DNA of 64,000 nucleotides from a virus. Of the stretch, positions 10,501 to 20,861 are shown piece after piece (the stretch's first letter is position 1; every line of letters starts with the position of its first letter). A program made the translations under genes and the position numbers. The stretch is from positions 64,001-128,000 of the IMG/VR virus record IMGVR_UViG_3300009506_000001; one strand, given 5' to 3'. The notes below the pieces were generated by a model that did not search any database, was not told the origin of the DNA, and worked only from the letters and a program-made list of their open reading frames with translations.

Positions 10501-13500
10501 AGTGAAACTTATGTTCCAGAGTGGGTCGATGGTGATCGTAATCCATTAACTGTGGGTGATCCAAACGGTGACTGGGAAATTCCTGATCAGTTATACTTCA
10601 ACCCACTACATGAAAATCGCAAGGTCCTTTCCTACACCGATCTATACACCCATTTCACAAGCGTGATCAATGCTCAGGATGTGCCACCAGGATTCCTAGG
10701 TACACCAGCTGAAATGTTCCATGCTATTTTGGATGTTAACTATGGTGCGGGTGGCACCATGAAGGAATATAATAACAGCTACGATACCTTCTTGTCATCA
10801 ATCTTTAACCAGACCGTAAACCCAGTTGAGCTGTATGAGTTTGCTCATGATGCGTACGAAAATGCCATCAGTCAGTTGAAGGAATACTTCCGTCGAGATG
10901 CTTCCGTAACAATGGTTGATACTACACCTTCCACTGTCGCTGATCTGTCCACTGCCCTTACAGATGCAATTTTGTTCCTTTATGAATCAAATGATATTGC
11001 AAGTTTGGTGTATGGTGATACGACAGCTTATAATGCAACAACGGGGCTCGGTGTTAAAAACTGGCCTGCAACCTTACCATTCTTTGATATGGTTTACAAG
11101 GTTGAACCACAACAGATTTATGATCCAACAATCGGTTTGAATGAAATACTTCACCATGATGGTCATTACTCCCACATTGAGTTCAATCCAACAACAATTG
11201 AAACGGCTAACCGTAGAATTATTAGCACCACTGATACACGATCATCCAATCCAACTGGGAAGATGGGTGCTGCGGTTGCTTCGACTCCCCCAGATTCATT
11301 CCTTGCTTATCAAACTATGTTTGGTAACACATCGGCCCTTTATTGGTATGATACCTCCAATTCAAGAAACCGTATCATGTATCGTATGTCGGCCGTGGCA
11401 GTGGGTGAGATTGCTCCTGCTATAGATCTAGCGGAAGGTGCATTCTGGTATGACACAGCAGTTAACCAGCTAAAGATTCTTCAGTCTGGTAGTTGGGTAA
11501 ATGATCCAAGTGTTGGTCCAGGATATTTGAGTGATATCAGTAATGGATACTACGGTGCTTGGGAATTGATTGATTTTAACAAGTTGTTCTCGGATGTCAT
11601 TTACAACACAGAGACACGACTATGGGAAGCTGCTCCCGAAGATCCTACTTTGGTATTTGATTTTGATACTACATTTGCAGAGGATCCTGTGCTAACCGAT
11701 CAGCTATTTGAAGAGCAGTTTGCAAGTTTTGTTAGCCAGGCAGAGATTCTTGATCCTTATGCCAACGAAGAGTATATGAGTGATGATCCATATACTTGGA
11801 ATTATAAGACAGCCACTGTTAGTGGTAGCCCTCCATCATTAATGCCACAAGTGGGAGCATCTTATGTGTCCGGTGGCGATTGGCGTGATGTTTACCAGAA
11901 GCAATTAGGTACTCCGTATCCGCACTTTGAACCATGGGTACTTCAGGGGTATTACACAAAACCAGATTGGTGGGATACATCGTATCCAGCGGTTGCTGGA
12001 CGCCGTTGGTCCTCAGCAATGTGGACTAACATCGTTAGTGGTATTGTCCCTGCTGGAGAACTACTTGCTGATGGTAGTGTCAGTACAGGTGTTGCAGGAG
12101 AGGCAACACAGTACAATTACATTCCTGTCAACATGGACACAGGTGTTGTGAAGGATGGAGCTGGTAACACTTATAGCCCAGATGCTCTACTACCTCCAGT
12201 AACGATCCTCCCTATAACAAAGGGTGGTATCCCTAGCATCTACCCTATTCGATCAATTTGGACAGCCTATGCACAGGTTCCAAATGCGGCAGATGATTAC
12301 AACTATGACGATGCTGGGACAGTGGAATGGGCTTGGGAGAATTCCTCTCAGTACTTGTACGATAGCCTTAAGGTTGCATTCAAAATTCAACCTATTCGCT
12401 TTATTCATTCTACACTTGGTATCGATTTTGTATATGTCGGCTGCCTAAATGTTGACCAAAATACACAGAAGGTATATGCACACCAGAATACTTTGTTCCA
12501 TGGTGACCTGCAGCCAGACAATACCATCTTCCGTGTGCCTGGTACACTACAGTGGTATACAAACTACAACAGAGCTAGTGGATATGACATTAGTTCATCC
12601 AACTTCCGTCGTATGTGGTCAGGATGGGATACCTATCTATCTTACCAGTTCTCAACTGTAATCGATACGACTTCGTTAATCTTGTCAAGTACAATATTCG
12701 ATGTGGTAGAGGAAGACTACCAAGTTACATTGAAGCGTTCCCCTGGTATTGAGGATCACACAGTTGATGCATTGAAGGTTTCTATTCTCAAGTCGCCTCC
12801 AACTTTAATCAATCAAGATACACAGAGCCAGTGGACATTTAATGTTAGCTCGTACTCACCAACTGGTCGTCCAATGCCTTATTATGGAAGTCAAACCTAC
12901 AACTTTACGGTTGATATTGGTACGGATGTCCTAACATTGACAGATGTGTATGGACGTACTGCACCTTGGACAGATGGACAAGCTGTCTATCTATCATCAA
13001 CAGAATTCTTGCCTTCACCACTGTTGGCAGATACACCATATTATGTAACAAAGGTAGCTGCAAATCAGTATACCCTATCAACATCCCCAGGTGGACCAAT
13101 CGTTGATATCCTGAGTGCTGGTACAGGAACACAGTCCATATTCCAAGTTCAGTCAACCTTCACAGCACTGGAAGGTGCGACAACATCGGCTAATTGGTAC
13201 CACGTTGAGCTTGATACAGACCTAGTGCTAACAGCGACTCCACCAACACAGATTAACGGATTTCAGAACCTGATCTCGTTTATTGATGGTTACGCTGCCT
13301 ATGCAGCAGAGGTTGATAACTTTAGGTTCAACCACGCGGTAACGGATATTGATGCTGCAACTGGTAAGGTTACTAACTGGCAGCTAGAAGAAGAGCGTTT
13401 GATTAATTGGGCTTACAGTTCCCGTAAAGCAGAGCGGTTCCGTCGTGATCAGTATCCGGTAACTGCATTAGCTTCTACGGATACATTTACGTATAGTGAA

Positions 13501-16500
13501 CAGGCTCCGGGTGGTTGGACAACAGGAACTGTGGTGGATGTATTCACGGAAGGAACGCTGCCACAGCCTCTAGTTCCAAATACAACCTACTATATTATTC
13601 AGGATACAAGTTCAACATTTAAGTTGGCTATCACATCACGCAATGCTCGTAATGGCATTGCAATTGATTTACTCACGGATGGTGTAGGTGACCTATATGT
13701 CCGTGCTGCGCTTTCAGCTCAAACAGCTCCAACATTTGAAGTAAATCCATTTAAGTACAACCTGTGGATTGCAACACCAGAAGGCATTGTCTCGGATCTT
13801 GTAAAGGGGCCATTTGCAGATGTACGTACTAACCAGCTGTTACTAGATCAGTATGGCACTCAGTTGCCTTCAAGTGATGTATTGCCACTACGTGAAGATC
13901 AGCTAACACGTATTAATGTTCAGGAAGGCATTGAGAATACAGTGTCTCCAATTGCTCCACCAGGGTTTGAGTTGTACAACAACCTACATCTAACCAGTGC
14001 ACACATCTACATTGATGGATATGAGCACGTTATTCTATTCCAAGATTATGCAGCAACAGGTAATGTCATCTATGATTCATTCCTAGGGTTAAATACGGCC
14101 AAGTTTGATATACAGATGGACCGTAGTACGGAATTCTCCTTCCGACCAAACCTTGGTGGTTTTGTTTTAGTAGACAACAGCAATACGACTGGTCGATCTC
14201 GTTTCTCTCGTAACATTGAAGGTCAGGTTGATGACCTACGGTATGCGTATGATACATATCGAACAGTGGAGTCCAATAGGATTGTTGCGGAGGCCCGTGC
14301 TTCTTTGGGTTACGATGGAGCAAGGGATTACCTAAATGCTATTAACATCAATCCAAAGTCGCAATTCATTTTCTGGCGCGGAATGATTCAGCAGAAAGGG
14401 TCGGTAAACAGCGTGAAAGCATTTATCAATTCTCGTCGCTTCGTCGATGCAAAAATTGATGAGTACTGGGCTCGTAAGATTGCTGACTTTGGTAATGCCA
14501 ACGAATACACACTTCCAGAAGTGCAGCTATTTGCCTCTGATGGTAACTTAACGGAACTGCGTCTAGAATTTGTAGATCCAAATGAAACAGCTTCAACGGG
14601 CTTCATTGGTATTTCAAATAATGATCAAGATCGTTGGTATGAATATCCAAACCAGAAAGAATTCTTCGATGCAAACGGTAACATGTATTTCAATGCAGAG
14701 GCAACCTCTTTAGATGATTCACCAAGTTTTGTTCTATTTGGTGGTCATTACTATTATGAAACACCAGAGATATGTGATACGGTTGTTGCTACATACTATA
14801 ATTTTGATGGAAGCCCACATACAGACCAAACAGAGCGGTTGATAGAAGGAGTTGACTATATCCGAGTGAACTCTCGATTGATTGATTTTGGAACAACCAA
14901 TCCAACTACGGTATGGCCAAACCTAAAGGTTTACACAATCAATCCTGCAGAGCAGCGACACAATCCAGCCAAGGTGCGCGATGCTGTGGATGATTTGACA
15001 CTAACGAACGTTATTATTTGGGATCCAGCTCGTGGTCATCATTATCCTCAAGCCATCCAACTTGTAGATGTTACAGGACCATCGGATCCAGCTTTGATTC
15101 AATATGGTTACAGTGACAGCATAGATCCAGCACAGACAGCAGTAGGATCACCAGCAAGTCAGTATCCTTATGGTAGCAACGCTGTGAACACAACTTGGTT
15201 GGATTCCAGTCTCCTTGCATTTGTTCCTTACTCTGACACGGCAGTATTCACAGACACGTTTGAGAGACTACGTCGCTGGGGTAAACTAGCTGACTTTGGT
15301 GACTATAAGATGTACCAGTGGACCGAATCTGATGTTCCACCAAGCGAGTATAATGCAATTGCAGAAGAACAAGAGGGTGACATTACAATTGCTGAAAGTC
15401 AGCGCGTGAATGGCCGTGTCCGTGAAGTTGTGTATGAAGGTGACGGTGGATCTCCAATTGGATGGACAGAGTATCCATTTGAAGTGGAGGAGTATGCAAG
15501 CCGTATCGTTTATGGTGCCCCTTCATTCACAATTAGCAGTGCTCATCCAGCAACGCTATATGTAAATGGTTTGCTAGTTGGAACCTTCACAAGCTCAGCA
15601 GCTATCAGTGCAGAAATATCAGGCCTCGATTATACTGATGCAGATCATATTCATGTTGCAAAGTACTATCCAACAGATGCTGATATTGATGACATAACAT
15701 GGAAGAAAGATACACCATACACAACTGAACAGAAGGTTATTGATGGTGAGCCTGTTACTAAGTATTACTTCTGGGTTGGTGAAAAGACAGTTCGTCAGAC
15801 TTATCGGAATAAGGCTGTCACAATGGTGGAAGCACAAATCCAGTTGAATAAAGTGCCAGTGCCATACGTGATTGTTCAGAACATTGATACAGCTGGTTCC
15901 CCTACGCCATCGGTTGTTATTCCTCGTCGATACACACAGGCTATCATTCGTGGATTGAGTGCATATGTAAATGCCGATGATCGATACACATTACGGTTTA
16001 CACGTGATTTCACATACCGTGACAATCTATCAACGACCGATCCTTTATACGGCCCTGATAGTATTCAGAACCGCCACCAGGAATGGTCTATCTTTAGACA
16101 GGAACAGCAGTACTCAATTGATCGTGATCTATGGAACATCCTAACCGAATCAATTATCGGACAGACTCTAGCTTCACTAGGTGGAACAGCAGTGCGTGTA
16201 CCTTCCTTGAATAAAGAGCTATATGATGACGAGAATGACACGTCAACACGAATTGGTTTTGGTGATGGTCAAGCCTTTTGTGATGGTGCTTCTGGTTGGG
16301 AGGCAATTCTATCATACCTCCAGGATGGTAGTAACGACTTTGCCCCAATAGATATTAATACGTTCTTTGATACATGGGATCCACTATCGTTGACACCACG
16401 TGACTCAACAGATGCACAGACAATTGCAGACATGATGGATGATATCTATAATACCTTTACATATGAGAACGTAAACCGCATGTGGTTCTCAGCCTTGCTA

Positions 16501-16608
16501 ACTGCGGCACTGCCATACCAGCACCGATATGCAGATTTGTTTAAGACATCTTTCATCGCATTGCATGGTATTAGAATTTTGGAAACATCAGGACTGTTTG
16601 ATGATTAA
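7558..16608 (+). CDS. Very large (3016 aa) baseplate/tail structural protein, gp7-like N-terminus
   Basis: NLYDLLPEVY N-terminus, position after gp6, internal W-Y-D-T...Y-x-G-x-x-W repeats, two copies of an LPxPL...YY module, upstream TAAATA. Confidence 0.65.
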   Translation: MTDNSDYTKPRTNLYDLLPEVYKSGVNRSVLEASINRFLTKSQTDRVIGYIGQGNPNAAINRQIAEPTPQRQAYQLQPMIYSKIGTVEHMASFKDIENELTRLGVDPLLMQEWGDALAFNWAPPIDFDKLINYRNYYWYNEEDPTEDPQYLTIRSDCVRAQAALDEYNLLLDTIGALHAIVGLDAMNHTISIATDLTGTFTEGFIFYVKNSTNSTINAEFYTVVSSAYNAGSDATVITVNVSGSPVFDDSIIDGDVSLEEGVNIYEAARDCFCAGEVGWSGGLWDDNQVGTVIWNTQLILSISYPNEAAWLAAHCPGSPTCPEETNLWYDTSTDELKQYNGSAWVVVQRNFGSILAVTTGGNTWDYSKQCHFASNDWITQNKWLHQNQVPNFSIAKQAQIPIIEFISTIELNAWTKITYIWQYRPASTEPWESAAVARPNLFELIGVDTYTIDVGLQEIVFDARYGDLTPFLEAGTEIILDGTTDNDGTYTIDYSFFCEEVAGQKYQTRIRLVETLTSTTADGIITPAYTSRGDAYEGVHVHWSFVQEDEAFPTVYIPLNPMLELPTNPPLPAVADTYWQYTLGLFAEEILATTKSLGTLTIIGASSGSPTYWEIAGDHTAAFSDPNLIGVGGTITVSGNLGGGNTDYTITSVSLVGGNTRIGVAGSIPAAAVAATTKGELFAHWTFTFDSSLRDETLEGTNDLRVYIEDTRQYGNYDEIAVTGSPTPDCSYVGGILIRAPLEQYQMLRVEVGAAACCDIGYNWVGVRTNTDDGSFNPATDLECVSLVQFKKLEQVKSETNQYPLFDLFDVEGNPLNVASRIFAFQESQSYPVNTLVNKRIVTSSDGRDYYFEQYLTPEDNGVLYAYREASNSFWYDSDNEILYQWKNGTWNPKIVTTDFSTSSTTACYVAPVVSNMVPGSPYIDVDGMLWFNTNNNSVYVSDGSSWTLNSLITADVVISDADPGLNSIWRTGPTDTSCADSETYVPEWVDGDRNPLTVGDPNGDWEIPDQLYFNPLHENRKVLSYTDLYTHFTSVINAQDVPPGFLGTPAEMFHAILDVNYGAGGTMKEYNNSYDTFLSSIFNQTVNPVELYEFAHDAYENAISQLKEYFRRDASVTMVDTTPSTVADLSTALTDAILFLYESNDIASLVYGDTTAYNATTGLGVKNWPATLPFFDMVYKVEPQQIYDPTIGLNEILHHDGHYSHIEFNPTTIETANRRIISTTDTRSSNPTGKMGAAVASTPPDSFLAYQTMFGNTSALYWYDTSNSRNRIMYRMSAVAVGEIAPAIDLAEGAFWYDTAVNQLKILQSGSWVNDPSVGPGYLSDISNGYYGAWELIDFNKLFSDVIYNTETRLWEAAPEDPTLVFDFDTTFAEDPVLTDQLFEEQFASFVSQAEILDPYANEEYMSDDPYTWNYKTATVSGSPPSLMPQVGASYVSGGDWRDVYQKQLGTPYPHFEPWVLQGYYTKPDWWDTSYPAVAGRRWSSAMWTNIVSGIVPAGELLADGSVSTGVAGEATQYNYIPVNMDTGVVKDGAGNTYSPDALLPPVTILPITKGGIPSIYPIRSIWTAYAQVPNAADDYNYDDAGTVEWAWENSSQYLYDSLKVAFKIQPIRFIHSTLGIDFVYVGCLNVDQNTQKVYAHQNTLFHGDLQPDNTIFRVPGTLQWYTNYNRASGYDISSSNFRRMWSGWDTYLSYQFSTVIDTTSLILSSTIFDVVEEDYQVTLKRSPGIEDHTVDALKVSILKSPPTLINQDTQSQWTFNVSSYSPTGRPMPYYGSQTYNFTVDIGTDVLTLTDVYGRTAPWTDGQAVYLSSTEFLPSPLLADTPYYVTKVAANQYTLSTSPGGPIVDILSAGTGTQSIFQVQSTFTALEGATTSANWYHVELDTDLVLTATPPTQINGFQNLISFIDGYAAYAAEVDNFRFNHAVTDIDAATGKVTNWQLEEERLINWAYSSRKAERFRRDQYPVTALASTDTFTYSEQAPGGWTTGTVVDVFTEGTLPQPLVPNTTYYIIQDTSSTFKLAITSRNARNGIAIDLLTDGVGDLYVRAALSAQTAPTFEVNPFKYNLWIATPEGIVSDLVKGPFADVRTNQLLLDQYGTQLPSSDVLPLREDQLTRINVQEGIENTVSPIAPPGFELYNNLHLTSAHIYIDGYEHVILFQDYAATGNVIYDSFLGLNTAKFDIQMDRSTEFSFRPNLGGFVLVDNSNTTGRSRFSRNIEGQVDDLRYAYDTYRTVESNRIVAEARASLGYDGARDYLNAININPKSQFIFWRGMIQQKGSVNSVKAFINSRRFVDAKIDEYWARKIADFGNANEYTLPEVQLFASDGNLTELRLEFVDPNETASTGFIGISNNDQDRWYEYPNQKEFFDANGNMYFNAEATSLDDSPSFVLFGGHYYYETPEICDTVVATYYNFDGSPHTDQTERLIEGVDYIRVNSRLIDFGTTNPTTVWPNLKVYTINPAEQRHNPAKVRDAVDDLTLTNVIIWDPARGHHYPQAIQLVDVTGPSDPALIQYGYSDSIDPAQTAVGSPASQYPYGSNAVNTTWLDSSLLAFVPYSDTAVFTDTFERLRRWGKLADFGDYKMYQWTESDVPPSEYNAIAEEQEGDITIAESQRVNGRVREVVYEGDGGSPIGWTEYPFEVEEYASRIVYGAPSFTISSAHPATLYVNGLLVGTFTSSAAISAEISGLDYTDADHIHVAKYYPTDADIDDITWKKDTPYTTEQKVIDGEPVTKYYFWVGEKTVRQTYRNKAVTMVEAQIQLNKVPVPYVIVQNIDTAGSPTPSVVIPRRYTQAIIRGLSAYVNADDRYTLRFTRDFTYRDNLSTTDPLYGPDSIQNRHQEWSIFRQEQQYSIDRDLWNILTESIIGQTLASLGGTAVRVPSLNKELYDDENDTSTRIGFGDGQAFCDGASGWEAILSYLQDGSNDFAPIDINTFFDTWDPLSLTPRDSTDAQTIADMMDDIYNTFTYENVNRMWFSALLTAALPYQHRYADLFKTSFIALHGIRILETSGLFDD

Positions 16609-16619
16609 TGGAGAGATAA

Positions 16620-17726
16620 ATGGTAACTACAATTGATCCAGTAGCCGGGTTAGTTTCTTATGTAGAAGAAATCAAACCTTACCACTCAAAAATTATTGAG
16701 GTATTAGTTGAGTACATCCACACGGACTGTATTGATGTTACTATCACTGAAGACTTTGAGTTGGCACTGGGTGTTCCAGCAGATGTCTCGGCCTGGGGTT
16801 GGACCGAAGAAGAAGCTAACCGAATGTTCAATGACAACTGGACAAACTACCAGTTATCAGGAGCAAGTTCATCCGGTGGTTATTGGGAGATTAATGGAAA
16901 GTTTGACGCTGACTTTGTGCTCGGTGACAAAATCCTAATCAAGAATGAATACGGTTTTCGTGAGTACACCGTTACTAGTGCACTAGCATTAACAGCATCG
17001 GTGAATGGTACAACGGTTTACACAACACGTATCTACGTATCTGAAACGATTCCAGCTTCTGTGGATGCCACCATTGGTTCTCCACCACAACAAGTTCCTA
17101 TTGCGGGTGCAATTTTTCATTCAACTGCATATGCCTACGACGCTAATATAAACACTTATACATTGAAAGCTGGGCTTGTGTTTCCATCCCCTGCTGGAGT
17201 CGAGGAGCATGCCAACTGTGGTGGTTTTGGTACACAATTTGAAAGCGTGCTTCAGTCTGCAGCATTGGTTCCAAATTCCATTTTGGCCATCAATGCGGGC
17301 CTACGATATTTTGAGATAAGCAACACCCTTGCCGCACCAATATCGGGTGCCAGTACATGGGCAGATATCTTGAAGTATGGTGTGAAGTTTAACGTGTCCG
17401 GCACCGCCAGTGACGGCGAGTATACGGCATTTCTATCCGTTCCAAGTGGAGGCTCTCCGGATATCCTGAGAGTGTATGTACTCGAGGCAATCGCCTCCTC
17501 TGCGGGTGCAGGTGGCACTTTAACGGTACGAGAGTGGGGCTATGACGAACCGGACGTTTGCACAAATCAGGGCCAGTCGCTTGCTTTGGAATCCCGTGTT
17601 AGCGAAGTGGCCTCCATTGAGATAAACGACGTTTATTATAACTTCCTACATGGGTGGGATATGGGTCACTGGGACCTGGGTGGGTATGATGGTGGACCGT
17701 TCACTGTTATCATAACGTCCACCTAA
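16620..17726 (+). CDS. Virion structural protein (baseplate-associated)
   Basis: EIKPYHSKI N-terminal motif, GWD/GYD C-terminal motif, within the structural operon. Confidence 0.5.
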   Translation: MVTTIDPVAGLVSYVEEIKPYHSKIIEVLVEYIHTDCIDVTITEDFELALGVPADVSAWGWTEEEANRMFNDNWTNYQLSGASSSGGYWEINGKFDADFVLGDKILIKNEYGFREYTVTSALALTASVNGTTVYTTRIYVSETIPASVDATIGSPPQQVPIAGAIFHSTAYAYDANINTYTLKAGLVFPSPAGVEEHANCGGFGTQFESVLQSAALVPNSILAINAGLRYFEISNTLAAPISGASTWADILKYGVKFNVSGTASDGEYTAFLSVPSGGSPDILRVYVLEAIASSAGAGGTLTVREWGYDEPDVCTNQGQSLALESRVSEVASIEINDVYYNFLHGWDMGHWDLGGYDGGPFTVIITST

Positions 17727-17747
17727 ATATAGCGATAGGAAGGGCAC

Positions 17748-18728
17748 ATGGCACGAATCAATTTCAGACAGGGCATAGTACGAACTCATGCAACAGCGTT
17801 ACAGTTTACAGCTGGGAACACTGTTATTCTTTTGGATGGACAGACCGCCCCTGTTGTGCTTAACTTTGCTGATGGCCCAAATGATGACTACCTATGGGAA
17901 GAAGCTCTGCTAGTTGATCCAGCTTGGACCGATTTACCATCGGCAAATGAGTATTGGTTGTACATTGACATTGATAAGATGACGGCTGAGCGTACCTTTG
18001 GTACAACCATCTACCAGCCACTTGATCAGCCAAACACACCAAGCAACCCTGCTGTTGGTCAGCATTGGTTTGATACAAGATCCACCCAGACTGTGATGAA
18101 GGTCTGGGCAGGTTCAAGGTGGACAGAAAAAGTTCGTATGTTTGTGGCAAAGGTTAGTGGTTTAACTATCTTCCCATACAGCACGGGCACACAAGCAGGA
18201 TTAAATGATAGTGTTCTATCAGGTCGTATTCTCTATGACGACGAAAACAGAACACAACCTATCAAGAAATATGATAGACGAGGACAAGGAAAATTCATTA
18301 CAACTGAGTCTGTGATTTTTTCACAGTTCTCAAACATAACAGGCTTTAAGGTTGCTCAGGGACTCGTAGAAGGTCAAGCAATTGAAAACATTCCGCAATA
18401 TTACGCAGTCGCTCTTAGAGGAGGTGAATACAAGATCGGACTGGCAAAAAACGGAACGAGTGGTGGAGCACAGCCAGGACCTTATCCAGCAATTGGTATT
18501 GCTACGGAAGATTTTGTTACAGGCGAGACGCATACGTATGCGGCAAATGGTTATATCACCGACGACAATTTCAATTGGATAGAGGACCCTGGTACATATA
18601 TTTTTGTGGGACCGACGGGGCAGTTAACAACAAGTGTACCACAATCAGGATCACTTCAGCGTGTTGGGGTTGTTATCAATACGTATACGATCCAGATCGA
18701 CATACAACCAATTATAATTTACGGATAA
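17748..18728 (+). CDS. Virion structural protein
   Basis: PSNPAVGQHWFDT fibre motif; C-terminal IGIA...GYI...GQLTT...QRVG beta domain; upstream TAAATA. Confidence 0.55.
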   Translation: MARINFRQGIVRTHATALQFTAGNTVILLDGQTAPVVLNFADGPNDDYLWEEALLVDPAWTDLPSANEYWLYIDIDKMTAERTFGTTIYQPLDQPNTPSNPAVGQHWFDTRSTQTVMKVWAGSRWTEKVRMFVAKVSGLTIFPYSTGTQAGLNDSVLSGRILYDDENRTQPIKKYDRRGQGKFITTESVIFSQFSNITGFKVAQGLVEGQAIENIPQYYAVALRGGEYKIGLAKNGTSGGAQPGPYPAIGIATEDFVTGETHTYAANGYITDDNFNWIEDPGTYIFVGPTGQLTTSVPQSGSLQRVGVVINTYTIQIDIQPIIIYG

Positions 18729-18731
18729 GCC

Positions 18732-19034
18732 ATGGCTAACTATGTAGACTTACTACTTGATAAAGACACTGGTAAAATAGTTGCCAAGGGTGGTGTCACT
18801 GGTGGTAGTGGTGGTGGTTCTGGTAAGGGATACCTCTATGAACAACTGGTAGCCGCAACGACATGGACAATAACACACGGACTTGCCTCTGACCAAGTTC
18901 TTGTGCAAGTCTACGATGAAGTTGGAGAAATGGTACTTCCCGACTCCATTGAGATCACAGATACAACAACCGTTACAATTACATTTCTTGATGCGATGGC
19001 TGGAACGGCTCATTTGATATTCTTTACGGTTTAA
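18732..19034 (+). CDS. Small virion protein with one ~70-aa TWTITHxL beta module
   Basis: TTWTITHGL...VQVYD...VTITF module shared with neighbours. Confidence 0.6.
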   Translation: MANYVDLLLDKDTGKIVAKGGVTGGSGGGSGKGYLYEQLVAATTWTITHGLASDQVLVQVYDEVGEMVLPDSIEITDTTTVTITFLDAMAGTAHLIFFTV

Positions 19035-19036
19035 TC

Positions 19037-20848
19037 ATGCAGATTAATGGCAATCTAAAATTTAGAACATTAGGCAAAGGTGAGTTGCAAAATGCAATCA
19101 TTGAACGCCTTGCATCTGCCCCAATAGGTGAACCGGGACGAATTTACTTCAATACGACCGATAATTTCTACTACTTCTTTGGTGCAGGTTCCCCAGCCGT
19201 ATGGGAAAAGATTGCACCAGGTTCTATTGCTAGTAACTTATTATTGGCGATGGGCTACGTAAATGTCGATGGTACATTCAATGCAAGTACATTTTCAACA
19301 TTCGCCGTTATTGGTTCACCAATCTCAAACCTAGTTGACGTACTACAGGCACTCGATTCACAATTCTGCCCTGCACTTTTGGATTTCTGCACTGTGGGAG
19401 CAACAACAGCAGCAGATCAGTTCTACTACAGTACCGCAGCTGGAACACTTGCTTTAGGAACAATAACAGCCGCAGGTCGTGCACTTGTTGACGACGCTGA
19501 CGCTGCCACGCAGCGTACGACACTGGGACTTGTTGCAGGAGGTGCAGGGGACATTTGGGTTGAGAAGGCTGGTGATACAATGACTGGTGTTCTATCGATG
19601 TCAACAGGCACATATATCACCATTCCTGATTTGCCCGCAAATCCAACCGATGCAACCAACAAAAACTATGTTGACCAGATTGCTTCTAGTATTCGTTGGC
19701 GTGAACCAGTTCAAGATCCAGATCTAGTAGATATTGTTTCAGCTGAACCGGTAGCTGATGTAACCGCAGTTGGTGATACTGTTACGTATATTAAGTGGGG
19801 TGGAACACAAGGTGAAATGTGGGGAGTTGGTTCTCCAGGTTCCGTTACAAATGTTGTAAATGGAGACATCCTTACATATAAACTTACAGATGCTGGAAGC
19901 CCGTTAGCTGGCACATGGGTCCGTATAGGAACTTTGGTAGCGGGCTCCCGTTTTATTATTGCTGCGGAGCATGGTCATATTCATTCGAGCCTCGCATTGC
20001 TTGGTTTCAACAACTATGATCTTATTGAATATGTAGATGGTGGTGGCTCACCAGGAACAAATCCTTACACAGCTGGTGCATGGACTCGTCCGGAGGGACT
20101 TGCAAATGTGGGTTCACCATCTCCAATAGATGGTTCACCAAACAACGAAATTCCTAATGGTACAACCGTACTGTGTAGTAACAGTCTTTCTTACCATGCT
20201 GGACATTCGTACTCCTATGACAGAATATCGGCTTCATGGATTGAAATATCAGGCCCAGGTGCTGTTCAGGCAGGCACTGGACTATCTTACAGTGGAAATA
20301 TTTTAAATGTAAACCTTGGTGCTGGTATTATTGAGTCACCAGCAGATGAAGTTGGTATTGATCTTTATGATACCGTAACAGGTGCAATTATTTTAACGAC
20401 AGATGGGACAACACGTTCAACAGCTGCAAATTCACAACTGCAACTACTGCTAACTCCATCGGGTGGATTGGTGCAGGATGCAACAGGCCTATCAGTTGAT
20501 CTTGCACTTGGTGGTTTGAATAATGTTACCGATACAGGTGCAGCCGCAGGCAATGTTCCAGTTGTATCAGACGGTAGCCCACTAGCATACACAGCTCAAG
20601 CACTACAGTTTAACTATGACTCGACCCTACACGGCGGTGCTGCAACAAGCCACACCATAACGCATAATTTGGGTCAGCAATTTGTGAATCCAACAGTATA
20701 CCTGCAGGACAGCAGCCCTCTGACATACAGACAAATTATTCCACAGAGTGTTACGTTGGATAGTGTAAACCAGCTAACTGTTACGTTTAACAAGGCAATC
20801 AACTGTGTGGTTGTGGTAATGGGTGTTCCAGGGGTGGGCCTAGCATAG
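19037..20848 (+). CDS. Tail fibre-like protein
   Basis: Gly/Thr-rich; VEKAGDTMTG and DATNKNYVD fibre motifs, AGTGL repeat, C-terminal THNL module; 8 GSP motifs. Confidence 0.7.
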   Translation: MQINGNLKFRTLGKGELQNAIIERLASAPIGEPGRIYFNTTDNFYYFFGAGSPAVWEKIAPGSIASNLLLAMGYVNVDGTFNASTFSTFAVIGSPISNLVDVLQALDSQFCPALLDFCTVGATTAADQFYYSTAAGTLALGTITAAGRALVDDADAATQRTTLGLVAGGAGDIWVEKAGDTMTGVLSMSTGTYITIPDLPANPTDATNKNYVDQIASSIRWREPVQDPDLVDIVSAEPVADVTAVGDTVTYIKWGGTQGEMWGVGSPGSVTNVVNGDILTYKLTDAGSPLAGTWVRIGTLVAGSRFIIAAEHGHIHSSLALLGFNNYDLIEYVDGGGSPGTNPYTAGAWTRPEGLANVGSPSPIDGSPNNEIPNGTTVLCSNSLSYHAGHSYSYDRISASWIEISGPGAVQAGTGLSYSGNILNVNLGAGIIESPADEVGIDLYDTVTGAIILTTDGTTRSTAANSQLQLLLTPSGGLVQDATGLSVDLALGGLNNVTDTGAAAGNVPVVSDGSPLAYTAQALQFNYDSTLHGGAATSHTITHNLGQQFVNPTVYLQDSSPLTYRQIIPQSVTLDSVNQLTVTFNKAINCVVVVMGVPGVGLA

Positions 20849-20861
20849 GATAAATATTAAG

